Below the pieces are notes generated by a model. It worked only from the letters and a program-made list of their open reading frames with translations. It had not been told where the DNA came from and searched no databases. The position numbers and the translations under genes are program-made. From the human T2T-CHM13v2.0 reference genome, Homo sapiens, in assembly GCF_009914755.1 (NCBI RefSeq), contig NC_060929.1: DNA of 64,000 bases; one strand, 5' to 3'. Numbering within the stretch: position 1 is the first letter of the stretch; each line of letters begins with the position of its first letter. Positions 15,845 through 29,115 of the stretch are shown one piece after another.

Positions 15845-16157
15845 GGCCGGGTGCAGTGGCTCACGCCTGTAATCTTGACACTCTGGGAGGCTGAGGCGGG
15901 TGGATCACTTGAGGTCACAGGTTCAAGACCAGCATGACCAACATGGTGAAACCCCATCTCTACTAAAAATACAAAAATTAGCTGGGCATGATGGCATGCC
16001 TGTGGTCCCAGTTATTCAGAAGGCTGAGGCAGAAGAATCACTTGAACCTAGGAGGCAGAGGTTGCAGCGAGCCGAGATCACGCCACTGCACTCCAGCCTG
16101 GGCAACAGAGAGAAACTCTGTCTCGAAATAAATAAATAAAAAATAAAAAAATAAAAA
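15845..16157 (+). mobile_element. AluS
   Basis: Full dimer, (TAAA)n tail. Confidence 0.9.
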
Positions 16158-17364
16158 TGCCACAATGAACTTTAGTTATATTCTTGATGAGTTCTACTTT
16201 GGCTATTATAAGCATGACAAAAAAAAACTTTTCAAGTATATCAACTTTTTAAGCTTTACAAAAAAACTCAAAGTTCACAGGCCCAAATTAAGCAGCAGCT
16301 CTTATACTTTCCATCCAAAACCTGAGAAGACTAGCATCACCATCTCTCCAATCTACAAATACAAGAACTAGGGAGGATGACAATGAAACATCAGGGAGAT
16401 GAACAAGGGCAAAATGAAACTAAATAGGAGTGTACAGCTATTAAATTCCAACCTTTAGCTGGCACCATATTAAAAAGGCACCCTGGCAACTATAATCCTT
16501 TGCAGGGAATTAGGGTAGAGGAACAGGACACAGTAGCATAGAAACAGAGTTTCTGTTCAGAAATAGAATAATCTGTACAGAAAACTGTACAGACACTTTG
16601 AGATCGTAAAACATATCTTAAGGCTATGGATAAAAATATAAGTACAGTCCTAGGCAGAACCATTATCCTTTAGAATTTATTCTATGATTCTTTAAAACAA
16701 AACGAAACAAGAAACTTTTAAGCATTTCAATGTGTCTTAAACAATGATCCTAAAGTAGTTCCATCATTTTGGCATACCCTAACCACAGGCTCTGTAGTCA
16801 ATACATTACTAGCAATTTAAAAGGACAGTTTCTATTAACTGTAAATGTTTTTTCCCATCTATATATTGTTTGTAAAAAAAAAAAAAAAAACTATCATTGT
16901 TCAGAATATTGACATCACTTAAGAAAAAAATTAAAAATAAGAATAAGAATTACAAATAACTAAGAAAATACCTTATAACTATCAAAAGTCCAGGGTCCTT
17001 CAAGGCAAAGAATACACTTCCACCACTGACCACCCCCAAAACAAAGAAAATCAATTTAAAATCAAGGAGCCAGGAAGACTACCTTTCTCTAGGGGTTGGC
17101 AAACAATGTAACAATTTCATCAACTTCATCATAAGACATTATAACTGACTATAAAAAGCAAGCAGAAGAGAAGTATTTATTTTGCCCAAAATGACAAAGG
17201 TATAGCCAAATTAAATGATTCTCCTTAAAGAAGAAAAAGTGTAACTGGGGGAAAAAAAATACAAGCACCTTACACTTTCAAAAAAATAAATTATCAAAGA
17301 CTGTAAGTTTTGTCTTTTTTTAAAAATAGTAACCTAGAGGTATAATATTAGAGACTTGCAATCT

Positions 17365-17640
17365 ATTTCAAAATCTTAGGGCTAAATGTGTTTTGGAATT
17401 TTGATATATATTTCCCAGATTCAGAACTACTACTTAACAAACCCCAACATGGTCCAGGCCACACACAGTAATCAAACATAACTATATTTCTGCAGTAAAA
17501 TATACAAATATTTGAAAAAATACCCTCATTTCAATTCAGATCCAGATCTGCTTATCCAGGAAGTTAACATCAGGTCAGGCTTTGTGGCCAATTTCTGTTT
17601 TTAGAAGTGTGGATACTGAATAAAACACTGTGGGCTTGAA
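17365..17640. mobile_element. MER46C-like Tigger fossil
   Basis: Resemblance from memory ('gtaatcaaacat...tatttctgcagtaaaatat'). Confidence 0.45.
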
Positions 17641-18149
17641 CTGAAAAAAACTTTACCTTTAGCTTAAAAACAGTATATCATACAAAAATTACTTACTAAC
17701 CCTTAAAGTTTACAGACTTTGACAGAGCAGCAGAAATTATATTTTAAATATTTTCTATAATAAATTACACAATCTGTATTATAGTAGCTTAATTCATATG
17801 TCCAAAGAAAATCAAATGAATTGTTTTATGACATGAATTAAAATGCATTCATATTCAAAATGGTAAATTTCTTCCTTTATAGTACTTTCTAACTAAAAAA
17901 AAACCACACAATTATTTCCACTAGCTAATAAAATCTTGCAATTGCACTGTAATTGAGCACTGTCAGGGATGCAACTAGCTTACAAGGACTCATGAAAATC
18001 TGGACACTGGGGTAATGGAAATTCAGCAACTGAACAAAGAAATTCTCCATTTTTTTCTTTTTCTGTTGTCTTATGGTTTGGAAAAAAAAGATACGGGTTT
18101 GTAAGAGCAATCAGAATGCTTATTATAAGTTTTATGTTCTGTTGAAAAT

Positions 18150-18340
18150 AGCAAAGAATAGTGGTGAACAGTCTCTGGAATACCCAGTTAGGTACTCAAA
18201 GTCCAGCTCTACCATTAAGTTGCTCTGTGACCTTAGGAAGTTATATAATGCTCTGTGCCTCAGTTTCCTTATTTACAAATGAGGGAAATAATGGAATCTA
18301 CCACACAGAGTTGTTAATGAGAATTGAATGCTAAGAAAAA
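18150..18340 (+). mobile_element. MIR
   Basis: Core 'ctgtgaccttaggaagtt...ctctgtgcctcagtttccttatttacaaatgagg'. Confidence 0.8.
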
Positions 18341-18819
18341 ATAAGTAAAAAATAAACTTAGTGATAGGAAGAGCCACAGGAAGAACAGATAAAGAGGGAA
18401 ACAAGTGATATTAGTCACTACTGGCAATGTTAATGAAGTATTACCAATCAATAATTTGTGATATTAATCACTTTTTAAACCCAGACTGGCTTAATGTAGG
18501 TTTTTAAAAAATACAACAAATGTTTATTTTACATTTTATTAATTGAAATACCATGAACTAGCATCTCTATCCCTTTATAATAATAATCATTATCTGAACT
18601 TACTTCTGTAAACTACTAAAAACCTCAAAAACATTTTTTTGTGAAAAATTCTAATGAGTAGTTTGCATGTATGGTTAGCATTCAGTAAATAAAAATATTT
18701 GGTAAGTCAAAATGTCTAATTCCCTGATCATATCAAATAGCCCAGCCATCAAACATGGTTCTAGAAAGAAACCACTTCATTTACTACACAATCGGAAAAA
18801 GTACTGGATGTGACCTTAC

Positions 18820-19870
18820 CTATCTTCATCTTTGTCATAGAGTTGGTAATAATCTCCACAGCCATTCCAAAAGGTGTTATCCACTTCTTGCCTTCCCGCT
18901 GTGGCTCCACTTTCTGATGTCATTTGGTTATTTTCTGTTTCCCTTTGTGTAATAACTCTTGAGTATGGTGGATCCAAGAACATACAGTCATGCTCTCCAT
19001 CATATTCTTCACATTTTATTAAGAGGTCATCTGAGCCACTTTCCTCAACTTCCAAAGCCTCTCTCCATCTTTGAACACTTCTTTGTTTCGCCTCATGCCT
19101 ATTAAAACCTGTTTCTTGGTCCACCTGGCTTGAACTTATCAGTTTTCTAACTTTTGGCCTCACTACCTGTTCAGGAGAACTTCCATGGTTCTTTTCCCTA
19201 TCATTGGTATTTCGTTCACTACAAATATGCCCTGGACCACAGGCTGCATCTTCAGGTGAATGTTCTGTCTGTCTTTCCTGGCTAGTATTATTTTGTTGTT
19301 TCGTACTAACCATTTCATCTTGAGAAGACCTCTGAATTTCCTGGCTATTCTGATGGACAAACTCAGTATCACCAGCAGAACTTTTCACTAATGGTACAGA
19401 ATCTAACTCTTCAAACTCATCTCTTACTTCACAGTTAAATGAGGGAACTGGTGGTGAAAGACCAGTGTATGCCTCTGCCTCTCTGTTTTCCAACTCAAAT
19501 ACTGTATTGCCTAATGATTCCTGGTATCTACTACCTTCCACGACTTCTGCAGAAAGTTGAAGATGGTCATTATCTTCTCCATGTTTGCCATCTGGATCAT
19601 AAGAGTCTGTATGAACCAATGCAATTCCATTTTGGACACTTGAAGCACTACAAGCTCCTGGAATATACTCTCCCTCAGAGTGATTATGAAGATTTGTACT
19701 GCTTCCTAAGGTATCCCTGCCTTCCTCACTGTGATGTACTGCAACAAAGGATTGACTGCTCTCAGTGGTTTGATTCAATGCTGAACCACAAGTGGGAATT
19801 TCTGTTTCACTTTTTTCAAATATAGGTTCACTGGGTAAAGAAGAATCAACTTGATCCAAAGGACTGGAAC
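18820..19870 (-). CDS. PJA2: PJA2 exon 4 (large internal exon, acidic/Ser-rich, likely disordered region)
   Basis: 359-aa ORF 18816..19895; acceptor ttttatgaag|GTTCC, donor AG|GTAAGG; 1051 nt, phase 1-2. Confidence 0.97.
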
Positions 19871-20642
19871 CTTCATAAAAAACAAAAGAAAACATATTTT
19901 AAAGGATTAACTTAGATAAAATTTTATGTAATAACTATCACTTAAGTGGAAATCATACCAATTATTACTACTTGAATACATGAGTAAATTTATTTACCAA
20001 GCACTTCTATGCTCCTTAACTGAGAATGCAGACTGATTACTCTATGAGTTCATTTATGTCAATGTACAGCCTTTCACTATCATCTCCCTCACATGGCTTT
20101 GGCAGTTTTCTATCTAAATCCTAATATCTAATGCCTTCTGCAAGACATATAAAGGAGAAGCTCTTGAGAGGTTATACAATGGGAAGCCTCTCGTAAGTGG
20201 AGTCTAGGGTAACCAATCTGCTTCCCAGTGATTTCCAAACTTACCTTCTTTATTATATGCAGGTAAAAACAACAACAAAACAAAAAACCTTCAAAAGTAC
20301 TTATGACAGATATAATAACTATAGTTACAGATTTAAGAGAAATTAGACCCTATTGTGTTTTGTTGGCAATTCACAAAATTATATCTCAGTATCTCGACAG
20401 ATTATAAATTGAATTGTTGTAATACATTTGTAATAAGTTTACTTTAGATGTGTTATAGTTATGACTGAAAAACAACAAAGAGATCAATATGTTGATTCTT
20501 GTCATAATTGTGAGAATTCTGAAACATGAGTAAAATCATATCTATAAATTACTTTAAGCATAACTATCTTGCATCACCACTAATAAAAAAAATGAAGACA
20601 TTTGAGATTTGCTGGAATAAAAATTCATGAATTGTAAAATAA

Positions 20643-20898
<256 letters not shown>

Positions 20899-21140
20899 TG
20901 ACAGCAAAAATAATCTAGAAATGTCTTGTCAAGTTTGCTTAGAACAAGAGGAAGAAGACAAATCCAGTCCAAAAATGTGCAATTATGGTACATGGATAGC
21001 TGCAAAATACTTTTTCAAAACCATTGAATAACTAAGAAATTTTAATTGAATAAGCCTTCCTTGTCCTTTGGATTTTGTAAAATGATGAAAAAATAAACAA
21101 GCCAAGTTAAATTTAGGATAAAATTAAAAGAAGAAAAGTT

Positions 21141-21747
21141 GGCCGGGCACAATGGCCCATGTCTGTAATCCCAGCACTTTGGGAGGCTGAGTTGGACGGA
21201 CCACTTGAGGTCAGGAGTTCGAGACCAGCCTGGGCAACATGGCAAAACCCCATCTCTACCAAAAAATACAAAAATTAGGCGTGGAGGCGCATGCCTGTAG
21301 TCCCAGCTACTTGGGAGGCTGAGGCAGGAGAACCACTTGAACCCAGGAGGTGGAGGCTGCAGGGAGCCCAGATCACGTCACTGCACACCAGCCTGGATGA
21401 CAAAGTAAGATTCCATCTCAAAAAAAAAAAAAAAAAAAAAGAACGCCAGGCATGGTGACTCACACCTGTAATCCCAGCACTTTGGGAAGCCAGCCAAGAC
21501 AGGTGGATCACTTGAGAGGTCAGGAGTTTGAGATCAGCCTGGCCAACGTGGTGAAACCCTGTCTCTACTAAAAATACAAAAATTAGCTGGGTGCAGTGAC
21601 AAACACCTGTAATCCCAGCTACTAAGGAGGCTGAGGCACAAGAATTGTTTGAACCTGGGAGATGGAGGTTACAGTCAGCCAAGATGCACTACTGCAGTCC
21701 ATCCTGGGCAACAGAACGTGACTCCATCTCAAAAAAAAAAAAAGAAG
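21141..21747 (+). mobile_element. Tandem Alus (AluJ-like 21141-21440, then AluS-like 21445-21747)
   Basis: Two dimers inside one outer TSD aagaagaaaagtt, consistent with insertion into the first element's tail. Confidence 0.88.
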
Positions 21748-22119
21748 AAGAAGAAAAGTTATTTAAATATTATATGCAGGGAAAAAATATCTCTACTTGA
21801 TCCACATTTTTAAAAATTTCAAAATATATCTTTTTGATTCAAAGATGATTTCCTTTGGCTGGAGGTTATGACAACGTAATCACTACTATGAGAGTGTGGT
21901 TATATTTTAATGATTGGCTGTATTCTATTTTCTTCTACAATGTTTAAATATATACACCATTAATATTAAATTCAATAAGAATTTCAAAATAGAATTTCTT
22001 GATAGGAAGTGTGCTGCATTTACACTCACAGACATGCATAATACCCACCCAAAAATTTAATTATAAGATCAACTCCTATATAACTATTAATAACCTTTAA
22101 ATAATTAAATGTTACACAC

Positions 22120-22320
22120 CTGAGGAATTTTCCTTTGGAACATCATCTAGTTCCAACACTTCATAGTCATCACCAGCCCGACCTAAGCTTCTTTCATGTC
22201 TGGTCATACATGGTTTAAAACTGACATAAGCATGTCTTCTTCCATATCTCCTGCCTGTAATTGTCTGATACCCTCCTGCTGGTTTGGGCCAGACAGCCTT
22301 ACCAGATTCTTGGTCCATTG
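22120..22320 (-). CDS. PJA2: PJA2 exon 3 ([35 protein letters not shown]...ENSS)
   Basis: ORF 22112..22318 carries the Praja-family N-terminal motif [13 protein letters not shown]; acceptor ttttttcag|, donor CAG|GTGTGT; 201 nt, phase 1-1. Confidence 0.96.
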
Positions 22321-23182
22321 CTGAAAAAAAAGTTAAAAAATTAAAACAGGAACAGCAATGAGCTTTATTCTTGCAACCTGTTGGGGAAAACTACTTCAGT
22401 TTATATTTTATTATTTATCAAATCATATGCTTCTGAACATGAAGTGTACCTTACTAGTACTATAAAACATTATTCTTCACACACTAGAAAATTAAATATG
22501 AAGTACTATATAATAAGAGTTAGTGGCCTTTTCCCTTCAAAAAATATGTTTTAAAATTTGGTTTCTTTAAGGTATTTCAGATTTTTATAATGAAACCTAT
22601 CAAAAAATATTTTTCATATGCCAAATTATTATACTGCCAAAGCTCTTTATGGGAGATCTTCCAAATTAAGTACCTTATATATTATATTAATATAAGTGCT
22701 CAATACATATTTGATGAATCAATTACTAGCATTATGATATGATGGTTTCAATTACTTTAAGAATGAAAACATTTATGTCAAAGATAACAAGTAACCTCTT
22801 TAAATGGTATCTGTACCATGAAGAATCAACTAGATCACAATAAATATGTTCCAAAGATTAACGTCAGATAAAACTATCCAAAAGAAAACAGCAATGAGCC
22901 AGGTCAAACACATACTACCCTGCCTTCAAAACTACCAATAAATGGTATATGTTATGGTAAGAAAAGCCATCAACATTTACATGACTTGACAATTAAGTTT
23001 TGTTGACTGAGGGGTATACAGTAGTAAACAGCAGCAACTTTCACTAAGTAGTACATTATTATACACACACATATATATATTAAGTGTAAGTCTGCTTAGT
23101 CAATTATACATTACATGTACTACACAGCAACTAAACAAAATATTTTCTCACAGCATATGGTATAGTCAATAAATGCAACAGT

Positions 23183-23479
23183 TGCTGGGCATGGTGGCTC
23201 ACGCCTGTAATCCCGGTACTTTGGGAGGATGAGGCAGTCGGATCACTTGAGGCCAGGAGTTCGAGATCAGCCTAGCCAACATGGCGAAACCCCGTCTCTA
23301 CTAAAAATACAAAAATTAGCCAGACGTGGTGGCACATGCCCATAATTCCAGCTACTCAGGAAGCTGAGGCATGAGAATCACTTGAACCCAGGAGGCGGAG
23401 GTTGCAGTGAGCCAAGACTGTGCCACTGCACTCCAGCTTGGGTGACAGTTCGAAACTCCATCTCAAAAAAAAAAAAAAA
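23183..23479 (+). mobile_element. AluS
   Basis: Full dimer with A-tail. Confidence 0.9.
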
Positions 23480-24019
23480 ATGAATAAATGAATGAATGAA
23501 ACAGTTACATAATTTCTTAGTTGTATTAAAATAAGAAATATAATCACTTCCAAGAAGGAAACAGAAACAAACATGTATTTATAATACACGCACATATCGA
23601 GTATAAATAATATCAAGTGTTACACTTATTTAATCCCATCAGTAATCTTGAGGTGGATATTGTATTCTATTTTAAAAATTGAAAAATTAAAGTTAAAATT
23701 AAGTGTTGGATAACTTGTCTAATAATCCAAAAGTATGACTCCAGAACCAATGCCCTTAACAATTCTACCAAAAGAATAGTCTCCGAAGTGGAAAGCATAA
23801 AGCTTTCCAAGCTAAATGGGTATGGAAAGAAAATACCAGAATTTCTATTTTTACCTATCAAAAATTAGAAACTAAGCTTTACAAATATTCAATATATGGA
23901 TCAAAACCAGCCTTTTAGTAAGACCACAGGTCAGATGATCATATGTCACTTACTGGTACTCAAGGTACCCAGAGGAAAAAACAAGAAGTACTCAATGTAG
24001 AAGAACTGACTTTCCTTAC

Positions 24020-24050
24020 CTGCTGGCTCCTTTTCAGTGTACTGTGACAT
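24020..24050 (-). CDS. PJA2: PJA2 exon 2 coding part (MSQYTEKEPA-)
   Basis: ATG at 24050-24048 translates to the recognised Praja-2 N-terminus; donor G|GTAAGG; phase 1 joins exon 3 (G+CA = Ala). Confidence 0.93.
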
Positions 24051-24137
24051 ATATGGCAGCGTCTGTATGACCAGTTCAGTAGAATTATAGATGTGATTTA
24101 GTTTTTATTCACACTATGGACAAGCCGCAGAAGATTC
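24051..24137 (-). other. PJA2: PJA2 exon 2, 5' UTR part
   Basis: Acceptor tgtttctttgtag|GAATC (AG at 24139-24138); 87 nt with no ATG before the start codon. Confidence 0.8.
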
Positions 24138-24256
24138 CTACAAAGAAACAATGAATTGAACAATATATTAATAAAAGCACAAAAATAGCAAAACTGATAC
24201 TTCTGCTCCTCCTAGTGAAGTCTTATAATAAAACTTAGAAAAATACAATGTGATGT

Positions 24257-24560
24257 AGCCAGCATGGTGGCAAATGCCTGTGATCCGCCTTAGATTACAG
24301 CACTTTGGCAGGCCAAGGCGAGCAAATCAGTTTGAGCTCAGGAATTCGAGAACAACCTGGCCAACATGGTGAAAGTCTGTCTCTGCAAGAAATACAAAAA
24401 TTAGCCAGGCGTGGTGGTGCACACCTCTAGTCCCTCAGGAGGCTGTGGTGGGAGGATTGCTTGAGCCCAGGAGGTGGAGGCTGCAGTGAGCCGAGATCAT
24501 GCCACTGCACTCCAGGCCTGGGTGACAAAGTGAGATCCCGTCCCAAAAATAAATAAAAAC
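24257..24560 (+). mobile_element. AluJ-like
   Basis: Diverged dimer with gggaggattgcttgagccc J features, ~120 bp from the exon 2 acceptor. Confidence 0.85.
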
Positions 24561-25417
24561 AAGAAAAATACAACACAATTTGACAAGCCAATCAAAAACT
24601 CTCAGAAATACCAAAATGGCTATGTGAAATACAGATTTACATCTGCTCTTGATAAACCTTGCCTAAGTATATATCATCCTTAAGACTGTCAATGACAACA
24701 ACACATACATAATTTGTAAGTAAACAAACAAAAATATCAGAAGTACTGACTCAGGTATGTAACCAAACTATTTGGGAGTCTACTACACTGTGCTATCATT
24801 GCTTCTCTGTCAAGCAGTAAAGTTCCTTTAGCCCTGGAATTGCTAAAAGGTAACTGTAAGAATACAAACTTCATTTTTTAAAAATGTGTAATGGCTTATA
24901 ACAATAATTAATGTGTGTAAATAATGATGTATTTATTCTTTGCAATAGTCAGTTGATCAGATAATTTAATCCCAAATAAGAACCTATTTTCAATCAGGAA
25001 AAACTACAATTTATCATGGAACAAATACAAAAAGAACTTCTGTTTTGAAATTAATGCATTTATTTACTATTTGAAAAGTACTATTTGAGAAGTTGCAACC
25101 TGTGGTTTTTTTGAAAGTTTGGTTAAGTTTTTATTTAAACACCTTATTTATTTAAACACTTGAGCTACTGCTAATTGCTCATCATTAATGCAATAGCTCT
25201 GCAAATGAGTTTAATTTATATGTTACCTGTCTAATCACAGACAGATATATATTAACATACGTAAGAGTACAAACCCACATTCACCCATATAATTTATAAA
25301 TTCAGTAACAAGTTATGATCCTTTAAAGTATCTGAATCAAAAGAGGCTGTTAGCAACAGCTAAAGAGAAAAGGAATATAAAAATAATAATAATCTTAACA
25401 TACTGGCAAAAACATAG

Positions 25418-25730
<313 letters not shown>

Positions 25731-26361
25731 TGAAATGTGCGTTTTATTCTGAGATGGAAAACCATCAAAGTTCTGACCACAGAAGAGATATTTGACTTCT
25801 GTTTTAAGAAGAATGCTCTGGCTACTGTATTGAATAGCATGAAGAGGAATGAGGTCTAAAGCAGGGAGCACTGTTAAAAAGCTATCAAAATAATACTGGT
25901 AAGAGATCATAGTGGTTTGGACCAGGGTTAAAATAAAGATGGTAAGAAATGACCAGATTCTGGACATATTGTAAAAATACAATCAACAAAATTTACTAAT
26001 ATAGGATATGAAAGAAGGTCGAGGTTGACTCCAGGTTTTACAGGCTGGGCAATGGGAAAAATGGAGTAAATTTCAATTAATGTAGGAAAAATTGTGGAAG
26101 AGCCAGATTTGAAGAAAATATATTCAGTTCAGTTTTGGATGAGTTAAGTTTGAGATATCTATTAGACATTCAAATGGAAATATTAAATAGGAGTCTGGTG
26201 TTGACTGAAGAATTATGAGCTGTTAGTATAATTTGGGAGTTGTCAGTGTATAGATTATACCAAAACAGGTATGAACTTGGATGAGATCTCTAGGTGTACA
26301 TGGAGAAGTGAAGTTAAGCCCTGAGAAAATCAAATATGAAGAGGCCAGGGAAAAAGAAGCA

Positions 26362-26811
26362 GAGATTGAGTATCCCTTTTCCAAAATGCTTGGAACCAGA
26401 AGTGCGGATTTGGGATTTTTTCAAATCTTTGAATATTTGCATATACATAATGAGATATCGTGGGGATGACATCCAAGTCTAAACAGAAAATTCACTTGTT
26501 TCCTACACATCTTACACACACAGTCTGAAAGTAATTTTATACAATACTTTTAATAATTGTGTGCATGAAATAAAGCTTCTGTTAAGTACTGATGTGTGGA
26601 ATGTTAAAATTATGGTGTCATATTGGCAGTAAAAATGTTTCAGATTTTGGGGCCAGGTGCAGTTGCTCACACCTGTAATCCCAGCACTTTGGAAGGCCAA
26701 GGCAAGCAATCACCTGAGGTCAGTGAGACTCTGTCTCAAAAAAAAAAAAAAGTTTCAGATTTTGGAACATTTTTCAAATGTTAAATTTTTGAATTAGGGA
26801 TGCTTAACCTA
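26362..26811. mobile_element. Tigger4b/MER46-like DNA transposon
   Basis: TIR-like ends 'ttgagtatccct' and 'agggatgcttaacct'; internal 'ccaaaatgcttggaaccagaagtg'. Confidence 0.75.
26651..26751 (+). mobile_element. Internally deleted mini-Alu
   Basis: Alu 5' ~70 nt fused to the last ~15 nt plus poly-A; TSD gtttcagattttgg on both sides. Confidence 0.85.
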
Positions 26812-28669
26812 TAGCAGAAAAAACAACAGAGGGCAGTGAGAGAAAAGAAAAATACTGAAGTGTGAACACCAAGTGAAGAAAGTGTTTTAGGCAGAACTGA
26901 TCGTGCCAAAAGTTAAAGTATGATGAAGGCCTATCACTGACCACTTAGCAACATGGAGGATAATGGCGAATGGCGGCACCTTTGGTAGCATGGTTGGTGC
27001 AAATGCCTGATAGGAATGCTACTAAAGAGAGGAAAGGAATTGGAAACAGTACAGAAATCATGGAAATCACCCTGTTTCTTAAACTTTTCTTTAATGTGAT
27101 TCCACTTTTCTTCTTAAAGATACTCTTCGGAGCCGTCTAACATCCTGATCTAAATTTAGTCTACGTGTTTTCAAGGGCTATTAATCAGCTACTTCTGTGG
27201 AAATCTTTTGATTGTACTACCCGCTCAGGTTAAGTACCCTACTTTGAATTCCATGTTTTTATCATTTTTTTTTTCCCTTTACTGGAAGATCCTCAAATAA
27301 TGGTTTCAACAAGTATATGTTGGAGGCAAACACTGAGTCCTTGGACATCTGAAAATACTATCTCCCTCATACTTTAGTACAGTTCAAGACAAAATCATTT
27401 TTTCTAAACTCTGAAAGGCACTGTGTCCTACCTGTCTACCTATTTATCCTCATTTTGTAGAAACACCAAATTTTTCTGTCTGGAATATTTAGGGTCTTAT
27501 CTAAATAGCTGGTATTCTATAATTTCACAAAGACTTGTTTGGGGCAGGCCATGTTTAAATTTTTCCTACACAGCACTGGAAGAGCTATTTTAATTTAGAG
27601 ACTCTTGTACACGTCTCAAATACATCTTTTTCCTCACTACTTTTTCTTTATTTGGCCCAAATGGGTTAATCATTTGTCTCTAAACTTTTCTTTCATATTT
27701 TCACTCTACAGACTGGGAGATTTCACTCATTTTTACTTCTTTCCCTTAGCCTTTCCTTATTCTCTTAGCCTGTCATTACTCTCTGTAACAATCTTTTTAA
27801 TTTCTCATACTTTCTTATTCTGTGATTATTATTTAATAGTAGTTCTTGTGTTATGAATATAGACTAGAATCTCTCTGTAGATACTAATTATTTCTACTTA
27901 ATCCGAGACCTCTATATTCCGTCTACCACTTTCTATCTCTAAGTATAAAAAATAAGAAAAAAAGCAAAACAGGGAAGAGATAAGTAGGGAATAAAGACCA
28001 TAGCTAGGGTCAAGATTAAAATGATTAATCAGTCCAAATTTGTAGCTAAGGTAAATTGGGAACACCTAGTTTTTCTCTAAATAGACATTTCCTTTGCTGA
28101 TTAGTTGTTTCCTCCAGGTACTATTCACCTAACATGTTTATAACAGACTGCTCTCTACTTGTGACAATTAGTCACTTCAAACAATTCGGGGTTTTTACAT
28201 ACTTCTTACTAATACTAAAACAAATATATAAACGTGTTGCTAAGAATTAAAGGACTCAATCAAGGACGTATTAATTTCTGGATCTCTGAATTATTAACCT
28301 AGAAGTAATCACTTTATCATTTCAACCAGGATATTATGCCAACAGATCTGGACAGACAATAGGAATCATCTTTAAAGAATGCAAGGAAGAACATGGACAT
28401 GTAAGGTACACTTCTCACAGTAAACTAGTGAATTTAAAGACAAAGGCCTTGTTTATTTTTTATTTACATACACTTTGTCTAGTACATTGTCTGACAGTAT
28501 ATTTAAACAGTTACTGAACAAACGAATGAATGAATGAGATAATTCTGTGCTCCTTTCTCTGATGGAAATGTGGTCACATAATGGAAAAAGAGGGCTAAGT
28601 ATTTGGGCACACATGGATTCAAACTTCATTTAGGCAAGTTAATAAACTGCTCTCAGTATTAGAGCCCTC

Positions 28670-29115
28670 TCTTGTGACTTGTTTCTAATGAAGACAGTGT
28701 GATGGATGTGACTGTGTGTGATGTGCAAGAATAGGGTAATAAAAGGATTGTGGCTTCCTTAATTTCTCTGCTCACTCTTTCTGGAAGAAACCAGCTGCCA
28801 CATCATGATATCACTCAAGTAGACCCACAGAAAGCCCACATGGTGAAATACTGACCGTTCCTGACAAAATCCACAAAAACTAAGGTCTTCCGGCAACAGC
28901 CACATGGATGAGCAACCTGGAAAGGGTAATGCCCTAGTGCATTACCCTTCAGATGACTGCAGTCCCAGCCTACATTTGACTGCAACCTCTTGAGAGACTT
29001 GAACCAAAATCAGCAACCAGGCTGCTCCTGAATTTCGAACCCACTGGGACTATGTGATGATAAATGTCTGAGTTGCTATGTCCACTGCAGGACAACAAGT
29101 TACTCTACTCTCTTA
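28670..29115 (+). mobile_element. MLT1 (F/G/H-like) MaLR LTR
   Basis: 'ccagctgccac...caacagccacat...ccttcagatgactgcag...tgactgcaacctcttgagagac...gataaatg'. Confidence 0.75.

Larger units (their letters stand above)
25735..27050 (-). mobile_element. L2 fragment (interrupted by Tigger4 and a mini-Alu)
   Basis: Reverse-complement L2 motifs (ctctggctactgt..., gtggtttggaccagggt, agttcagttttgga...tttgagat). Confidence 0.7.

Noticed and set aside
18755-19825. Antisense and alternative-frame ORFs over exon 4
   Set aside because: Shadows of the real coding exon; no independent evidence.
20239-20247. Perfect minus-strand donor AAG|GTAAGT in intron 3 (similar ones at ~31440 and ~43186)
   Set aside because: No convincing upstream acceptor; a few such matches are expected by chance in 50 kb of AT-rich intron.
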